From positions 25,283-57,282 of the forward strand of contig NQJD01000014.1 in NCBI GenBank assembly GCA_004284765.1: a stretch of DNA of 32,000 nt, read 5' to 3'. This DNA is from Candidatus Electronema aureum. Lineage in GTDB: Bacteria > Desulfobacterota > Desulfobulbia > Desulfobulbales > Desulfobulbaceae. Both the position numbers and the translations under genes were made by a program. This document shows positions 27,078 through 32,000 of this stretch, piece after piece (the first letter of the stretch is position 1; each line of letters starts with the position of its first letter). The notes under the pieces are model-generated. The model did no database searches, was not told where the DNA came from, and saw only the letters and a program-made list of their open reading frames with translations.

Positions 27078-28065
27078 TTTCCGTTTCGCCGAACCGCTAC
27101 TGCTTTGGTTGCTGTTGCTCCTCCCCGTGCTGGCCTTGATGCGGAGCCGTAGCGGCGCAGCCCCGGCCCTTATTTTTTCCTCGGTATCAGCGGTCAAGGC
27201 CATTGCCGACAGCCGCAAGGTTAGTCCGGGCAGACTGTTGGCTTGGCTACGGCTCGCTGCGGTTGGCCTGCTGATCATCGGCATGGCCAAGCCTCAGTGG
27301 GGTAGAATCAATACTGATGTCGAGGCTTCAGGTATCGATATCCTGCTGGCGGTGGATATTTCCGGCTCGATGAAGGCGTTAGATTTTACCCTCCAAGGCA
27401 AGCAGGTTAATCGATTAGACGTGGTCAAGTCGGTAGTAGCCAAGTTCATCAACGAACGGCCTAACGACCGCATCGGTTTGGTGGCCTTTGCTGGTCGGCC
27501 TTATATGGTTTGCCCGCTAACCTTGGATCACGATTGGCTGCGACTGCGGCTGAATTCACTGCGCATCGGCATGATTGAAGACGGCACCGCTATTGGCTCC
27601 GCTATCATCTCCGGGGTGAATCGCCTGCGGGATCAAGCCGCCAAATCACGCATTTTAATCTTGCTCACCGACGGCGTGAATAACGCGGGTAAGGCTGCCC
27701 CGCTGACAGCTGCCGAGGCAGCCGCCGCGATGAAGATCAAGGCATATACCATCGGCGTGGGTAAACGCGGCGTGGCTGAGATGCCAGTGGAAGATATGTT
27801 CGGTCGTCCTCGGATGATTCAGGCTGAAGTCAACATTGATGAGGAAACACTGACTAAGGTGGCTACGCTGACTGGGGCCAAATATTTTCGGGCCACGGAT
27901 ACTGACTCGCTGGAGAAAATTTATACGGAGATCAACGCGCTGGAAACCACTGTCAGAAAGATCAGGCATTTCTCGCAACACCGGGAGTTATTCGCTTGGC
28001 CGGTGCTGGTAGCCTTGTTCCTGTTGGCAGTGGAACTGGTGCTTTCACGAAAGAAGCTGCCGTAA
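27070..28065 (+). CDS. BatA-like membrane-anchored von Willebrand factor A domain protein.
   Basis: The N-terminus is FRFAEPLLLWLLLLLPVLAL. The MIDAS motif is DILLAVDISGSM, and LLTDGVNNAG follows. There is a C-terminal TM segment. The start overlaps the upstream gene by 8 nt. Confidence 0.85.
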   Translation: MDSFRFAEPLLLWLLLLLPVLALMRSRSGAAPALIFSSVSAVKAIADSRKVSPGRLLAWLRLAAVGLLIIGMAKPQWGRINTDVEASGIDILLAVDISGSMKALDFTLQGKQVNRLDVVKSVVAKFINERPNDRIGLVAFAGRPYMVCPLTLDHDWLRLRLNSLRIGMIEDGTAIGSAIISGVNRLRDQAAKSRILILLTDGVNNAGKAAPLTAAEAAAAMKIKAYTIGVGKRGVAEMPVEDMFGRPRMIQAEVNIDEETLTKVATLTGAKYFRATDTDSLEKIYTEINALETTVRKIRHFSQHRELFAWPVLVALFLLAVELVLSRKKLP

Positions 28066-28104
28066 CGCACAATCATTCGTTGTAACAAGTGGACAAACCT
28101 CGCT

Positions 28105-29346
28105 ATGCCTGTTTACGAATATACCGCCCTTGATGCGGCTGGGAAAAAACATAAAGGTGTCTTAGATGCAGACTCCCTTGCTGCTGTTCGACAAAAAATA
28201 CGACAGACTGGTAAATATCCAGTCGAGATTAAGGAAACTGTACCCAAAGGCAGGAAGGGGCAGAGAGGAATAATCAAGAGCAATTTTTTTAGCTTGCAGA
28301 GCGGGCCGAGCATCAAGCAGCAGGATATTCATGTCGTCACCCGGCAGTTAGCCACACTACTCGGTGCTGGAATTCCCCTTGTGCCTGCACTCACTGGCTT
28401 AGTTGAACAAACCAGCAACAAATCACTGCAAACTATCATCACGCAGATCAAGGATTCAGTCAATGAAGGAAACTCACTGACTGAATCCTTAGCCGAACAT
28501 CCTCGCCTCTTTTCCAAGGTTTATGTCAACATGGTGCGGGCAGGTGAGGCTTCTGGCTCCTTGGATGTGGTGCTGGAGCGATTAGCAGAGTTTGGCGAGC
28601 GGCAGCAGGCTTTACGTTCGCGCATTTCCGCTGCTCTGATTTACCCGATTTTTATGGCCTTTGTTGGTATAGGAGTTTTATTCCTGCTCATCACCTTCAT
28701 TGTGCCTTCTATCACCAAGGTCTTCACTGACCGCAATCAGGCCCTGCCTTTGCCCACTGCCGTCCTGATTCAGATCAGCAATTTTCTTCAGGATTGGTGG
28801 TGGTTAGTGCTGATACTGTTGGCCACCGCTGCTATGGGGCTGCGCGGGTTCTTTTTTCAACATCCTACGGGCAAGCGTATTTGGGACAAAATGAAGCTGA
28901 CCCTGCCAGTGATTAGCGATCTAAACATCAAAATGGCCGCCGCCTCACTGGGACGAACGATGGCAAGTCTGCTTCAGGCGGGTGTGCCGCTCGTCACCGC
29001 GCTTCAAATTGTCAAAAATATCCTCAACAACGTGCTGCTGGCCGAGGTACTCGAACAAGCGGGGGCGGAGATAGAAAAAGGCAAAAGCCTTTCTGGTTTT
29101 TTACGAGGAAACAAATACTTCACGCCTATGCTGGTGCAAATGATTGCGGTTGGCGAGCAGAGTGGTTCATTAGACAGGATGCTGGAAAAGGCGGCGGAAA
29201 GCTATGAAAAAGAGGTGGAGGCCAAGGTTATGGCCATGACTTCGATGATCGAACCGATCATGATTTTGACGATGGGTATGGCTGTTGGCTTTATTGTGAT
29301 GTCTATTTTGCTCCCAATTTTCGAGATGAATCAGTTGGTGAAATGA
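28105..29346 (+). CDS. gspF: Type II secretion system platform protein GspF.
   Basis: MPVYEYTALDAAGKKHKGVLDADSLAAVRQKIRQTGKYPVEIKE closely parallels the GspF/EpsF N-terminus. Two T2SF repeats are visible (LATLLGAGIPL.. and MASLLQAGVPL..). There are 3 TM segments and the protein is 413 aa. Confidence 0.8.
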   Translation: MPVYEYTALDAAGKKHKGVLDADSLAAVRQKIRQTGKYPVEIKETVPKGRKGQRGIIKSNFFSLQSGPSIKQQDIHVVTRQLATLLGAGIPLVPALTGLVEQTSNKSLQTIITQIKDSVNEGNSLTESLAEHPRLFSKVYVNMVRAGEASGSLDVVLERLAEFGERQQALRSRISAALIYPIFMAFVGIGVLFLLITFIVPSITKVFTDRNQALPLPTAVLIQISNFLQDWWWLVLILLATAAMGLRGFFFQHPTGKRIWDKMKLTLPVISDLNIKMAAASLGRTMASLLQAGVPLVTALQIVKNILNNVLLAEVLEQAGAEIEKGKSLSGFLRGNKYFTPMLVQMIAVGEQSGSLDRMLEKAAESYEKEVEAKVMAMTSMIEPIMILTMGMAVGFIVMSILLPIFEMNQLVK

Positions 29347-29370
29347 GGACGATAAGGCATTTAAGCCATC

Positions 29371-29406
29371 ACAAACGGGAGGGCCACAACCTGACCTCCC
29401 GTTTGT
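29371..29406. terminator. Bidirectional terminator candidate between the convergent gspF and YkgJ-like genes.
   Basis: ACAAACGGGAGG (29371-29382) and CCTCCCGTTTGT (29395-29406) form a perfect 12-bp inverted repeat around a 12-nt loop. On both strands the arm ends in a T-rich GTTTGT. Confidence 0.6.
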
Positions 29407-29411
29407 TGCTC

Positions 29412-30335
29412 CTACTTGACCTGCTCGCCGCGTTCTGCTTTAAGCCTTTTGTAATCCTCTTCAATTTTACGCAGATTGTCCTCCTGCTCCTTCTGTATAT
29501 TTTTGGCCTTTTCCATCACCTTGCTCTGCTTGATTTTCAAGCCTTCAGCTCCAAACAAGGCATTGGCAAGATATTTGAAAGAAAAGCGCAGCAGGGCTTC
29601 GTCGTCTTCCCGGAGGCTATCAACGGTTTCCTGATCAATTTCGTAGGTGTTCAGGAAGGAGCTTTCAAAGATGAAGCGACGGAAATGATCTAAATCAGTA
29701 GAAGCCATGAAAAACATCCGCTGGGCAGCTTCAGAAAGACTGGCCTGATGACCAAAGGACTTGCGCCGCATGACCAAACGCAGCCATTCTTTGTTCATCT
29801 CATCACGGTCATCAACGCCCTGATCAGCCCGCCATTCACCGATAGTCCATTTTTTTGCTTCGTCAAAGCCTTTGCAGTGCGGCTCTTTGACGAGAAAAAA
29901 GAACTTTTCCTCTCGCCCGTCCTTACCGCCTTCGTGAAAATCAGCCATGCCCACCGGATAATAGCGGCAGGCAGTGGGTCGGTCAGAATAAACGGTACAG
30001 CCCTCTGGGGTAACAAAGGGACAGGCGTTTTTTTCCTCGGTCAGCTTGATCTGCACACCCGGCATATCAGTTTTTTCGAGATAGGTGGGATCGGTGTACT
30101 GGGTGATGAAATCATGGGCCGACAGGTTCAGCCGTTTGCGCAGAATCATGATGTCATAGGGAGTCAGCACGATCTGGATGTTATGGCAGCAGGCCGTGAA
30201 GCAGCTCACCCCCGGATGGCATTCAAACTGAAGGGGCGAATCAAGGCTCAATTTTTCCGGCATGATGTTGGATGGATTCTTGTCTGTTGACGTTGCAAAA
30301 TCCCTTTTCATCTCGCCGCCTTTGCTGTCACTCAT
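29412..30335 (-). CDS. YkgJ-family (CxxCxxCC-type, UPF0153) Cys-cluster protein with a charged coiled-coil-like C-terminal tail.
   Basis: The Cys-cluster motifs are FECHPGVSCFTACCH and NACPFVTPEGCTVYSDRPTACRYYP. The tail reads KAKNIQKEQEDNLRKIEEDYKRLKAERGEQVK. The start is uncertain: TTG 30431, ATG 30413, ATG 30335 and ATG 30311 are all possible. Confidence 0.7.
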   Translation of the reverse strand: MSDSKGGEMKRDFATSTDKNPSNIMPEKLSLDSPLQFECHPGVSCFTACCHNIQIVLTPYDIMILRKRLNLSAHDFITQYTDPTYLEKTDMPGVQIKLTEEKNACPFVTPEGCTVYSDRPTACRYYPVGMADFHEGGKDGREEKFFFLVKEPHCKGFDEAKKWTIGEWRADQGVDDRDEMNKEWLRLVMRRKSFGHQASLSEAAQRMFFMASTDLDHFRRFIFESSFLNTYEIDQETVDSLREDDEALLRFSFKYLANALFGAEGLKIKQSKVMEKAKNIQKEQEDNLRKIEEDYKRLKAERGEQVK

Positions 30336-30491
30336 GGTCTTTCTTGTCCTTATGGGTTTTCTGCGGAGCAGTGTCCGCAATTTTTTATTTGCTTTCTCGC
30401 AGCATATTACCATTAGGGGGGGTACTGTCAAACGAAACTTACCTTTTCGGTCTGTTTCCCCGTATCGCTAAGGGCAGCGGCAAGCTGCTGC

Positions 30492-30519
30492 TTGCTTTTT
30501 CGCCAAAAGAAACTATAAT
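30492..30519 (+). promoter_or_regulatory. Sigma70-type promoter candidate for the 65-aa ORF and the PHP phosphatase gene.
   Basis: TTGCTT (30492-30497) is followed by a 16-nt spacer and a consensus TATAAT (30514-30519). Confidence 0.5.
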
Positions 30520-30592
30520 CTTTTTAGAGGCATGTTGTCAGGGCAGATACTCATTAGCTCTGATCTAATCCACGCTCAAATGACAGAACATA

Positions 30593-30790
30593 ATGAAGAA
30601 AATATTCGCCAGCCCTATAGATTTCAGCAAGGTGGAAACCTTGGTTTACCACCTTCCTGATGGCCCGTCGTTCTCGATGGAAATGAATGATGTGGCCGAG
30701 CTGTTCAATTTTGAAATGGAGTTTGGCGACATCTGCGACACGTCAGATATTGACGGCGTGATTCATTTCTTCCCGAAAGGGAACGCCTGA
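30593..30790 (+). CDS. Hypothetical small acidic protein (65 aa).
   Basis: The ATG-initiated ORF lies downstream of the promoter candidate and directly upstream of the PHP gene. I recognise no family. Confidence 0.4.
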   Translation: MKKIFASPIDFSKVETLVYHLPDGPSFSMEMNDVAELFNFEMEFGDICDTSDIDGVIHFFPKGNA

Positions 30791-30833
30791 TTCCCTTGTT
30801 CCCGCCTTTGTGCTGCTGAGGTCTTTTATTCTT

Positions 30834-31601
30834 ATGCCCGGATTTCCTCCCATCGATCTCAGCGGCGACCACCACATCCACACCAAGCTCTGCAATCACG
30901 CTTCCGGCGAAATGGAAGAGTACGTGCAGGCTGCGGTGAGGAAAGGTTTTCAGTCAATGACCTTTCTGGAGCATCTGGAATGCGGCTTACTGTATGAGCA
31001 GCAACTCTGGCTTACACCAGAGCTGTTTACTCAGTATTTTGAGGAAGGCGAGCGACTGCGAACAAAATACGCTGGTCAGATTACTGTCAGGCTCGGTGTA
31101 GAAATCGGTTGGAATGCGGCAGCGGTAGATGAGTTATCAGCCGCCTTGTGCCGCTTTCCTTTTGAACATCGGGGGCTATCCTGCCATTTTTATTTTGACG
31201 GCAGCAGCCATTTGAACATGTTGAGCAGCAGACAGGAGCATATTAATGCCTTGAGCGCAGTCGGAGCGGACAAGGTACTGGATGCTTATTTCAACAGTTT
31301 GATTGAAGCCTGCGGCACAATTCCCTGCGACAAGCTCTGTCATTTGGATGCTGCTCTGCGTCATCTGCCGGATGTTCGCCTAACTGATCACCATCAACAG
31401 CAAATCAGTCAGCTGCTTCGCTTGATGAAGGAAAAGAATATCGCCCTTGAAGTCAACACCTCCGGCTATGCAGTCAGAATTCAGCCGTATCCAAGTTTAG
31501 ACATTATCTGGCAAGCATCAGAGCTGGGAATTACCCTCATTCCTGGTTCTGATGCCCACCATCCGCAGCAAGTTGGCCGCTTTTTCGAGCGGCTGGAATG
31601 A
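30834..31601 (+). CDS. PHP-family histidinol-phosphatase-like protein (HisJ/HisK type).
   Basis: The metal-binding motifs are DHHIHTKLCNHASGE, FLEHLE, GVEIG, CHLD and the C-terminal GSDAHHPQQVG. The start is uncertain between the ATG at 30834 and the GTG at 30810. Confidence 0.75.
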   Translation: MPGFPPIDLSGDHHIHTKLCNHASGEMEEYVQAAVRKGFQSMTFLEHLECGLLYEQQLWLTPELFTQYFEEGERLRTKYAGQITVRLGVEIGWNAAAVDELSAALCRFPFEHRGLSCHFYFDGSSHLNMLSSRQEHINALSAVGADKVLDAYFNSLIEACGTIPCDKLCHLDAALRHLPDVRLTDHHQQQISQLLRLMKEKNIALEVNTSGYAVRIQPYPSLDIIWQASELGITLIPGSDAHHPQQVGRFFERLE

Positions 31602-31610
31602 CATCATTCC
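31595..31610 (+). terminator. Weak hairpin overlapping the PHP gene stop codon.
   Basis: GGAATG (31595-31600) pairs with CATTCC (31605-31610) around a 4-nt loop. The following TTCCTTAGTT is only moderately T-rich. Confidence 0.25.
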
Positions 31611-31619
31611 TTCCTTAGT

Positions 31620-31890
31620 TCCGCAATCAAATCACCCGCACCGCGCCCTTGTCCGCTGAGAATGCTCGTGGGCGATGGCCAAGATGTGCAGCACGGTGTT
31701 GGTCGATTTGCCGCCCTGCGGAGGGTTTTGTCCGGGGCTGAGGAAGGGGCAAGCGCGGTGCTTTAGCAGTGCCTTTCGACTTCGCTCAACACCGTAGGGC
31801 GGGCAAGCAAAAAGCCGTTTGCACAGCCTACTTGCCTGCGTAAGGTAATGGTGAACCATGAGTGGCAAAGCGGACGGCTCCCTAAAAAAC
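31620..31890. other. GC-rich, ORF-poor region with several complementary segments. It may be a structured RNA or a decayed gene remnant; the class and strand are unassigned.
   Basis: The only ORF is an implausible GTG-initiated 86-aa frame. ACGGTGTTG (31693-31701) pairs with CAACACCGT (31787-31795). The adjacent GTCGA (31702-31706) pairs with TCGAC (31776-31780). GCCGCCCT (31710-31717) is complementary to AGGGCGG(G)C (31796-31804), which would allow a pseudoknot or an alternative fold. Confidence 0.3.
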
Positions 31891-31893
31891 ACA

Positions 31894-31921
31894 TTGAATT
31901 TACCATTAAAAACAATATAAT
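31894..31921 (+). promoter_or_regulatory. Sigma70-type promoter candidate reading rightward, out of the window.
   Basis: TTGAAT (31894-31899) is followed by a 16-nt spacer and a consensus TATAAT (31916-31921), within a locally AT-rich stretch. Confidence 0.45.
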
Positions 31922-32000
31922 ATTGAAAAAGTTGACTTCCGACTTGGTCTCAGTTTTCAGAGGGCGAATGCCCGCCAGCCAAACGCCGTTCTTATGAAAG

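Noticed and set aside
29343-30290. The plus-strand ORFs at 29343-29693 (116 aa) and 29748-30290 (180 aa).
   Set aside because: They are antisense to the YkgJ-type Cys-cluster gene, whose conserved CxxC/CC motifs identify the real frame. The first would also have to read through the strong 12-bp terminator palindrome.
31632-31892. An 86-aa minus-strand ORF.
   Set aside because: It has a GTG start and no Shine-Dalgarno sequence. Its composition is basic, Cys- and Pro-rich and not protein-like, and it converges head-on with the PHP gene. I treat the region as non-coding or unknown instead.

Overview
This window looks like core chromosome of a Gram-negative bacterium. KdsB, a T2SS GspF and a Bat/MoxR operon support that; a Desulfobacterota or deltaproteobacterial origin is only a low-confidence guess. 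All family calls rest on motifs read by eye from the supplied translations or my own hand translation. No BLAST, HMM or RNA-folding run was possible.

Minus-strand block, 1-16394:
- a partial DnaB C-terminal-domain paralog at the left edge
- dnaB interrupted by a 418-aa LAGLIDADG intein
- rplI, a DUF2232-like membrane protein, rpsR and rpsF
- a heterodimeric ABC exporter pair with one degenerate ATP site
- a CheY-like receiver and a 782-aa YvcK/CofD-like protein
- mdh and kdsB
- an AT-rich two-gene island: a SAM methyltransferase and a methyltransferase-GT2 fusion

Plus-strand block, 16594-22589:
- rsmJ, then a tightly packed array: GAF/HD-GYP, a 120-aa unknown, an HPr-like protein, PtsI, ThiL and a Cys-rich membrane protein

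Remainder of the window:
- a Sel1-repeat protein with an internal module duplication (minus strand)
- MoxR, DUF58, DUF4381 and a BatA-like protein, followed by a lone gspF
- a YkgJ-type Cys-cluster protein (minus strand)
- a 65-aa ORF and a PHP-family histidinol-phosphatase-like gene
- a GC-rich, ORF-poor, helix-rich 270-nt region of unknown function

I found no tRNA, rRNA, CRISPR array, transposase or recognisable defence system.

The most unusual items are:
- the intein-bearing dnaB with an N-terminally truncated DnaB paralog 6 nt downstream
- the oversized YvcK-like protein
- the helically phased TGAAC repeat array upstream of it
- the AT-rich glycan-modification island
- the HD-GYP/HPr/EI operon, which has no PTS permease
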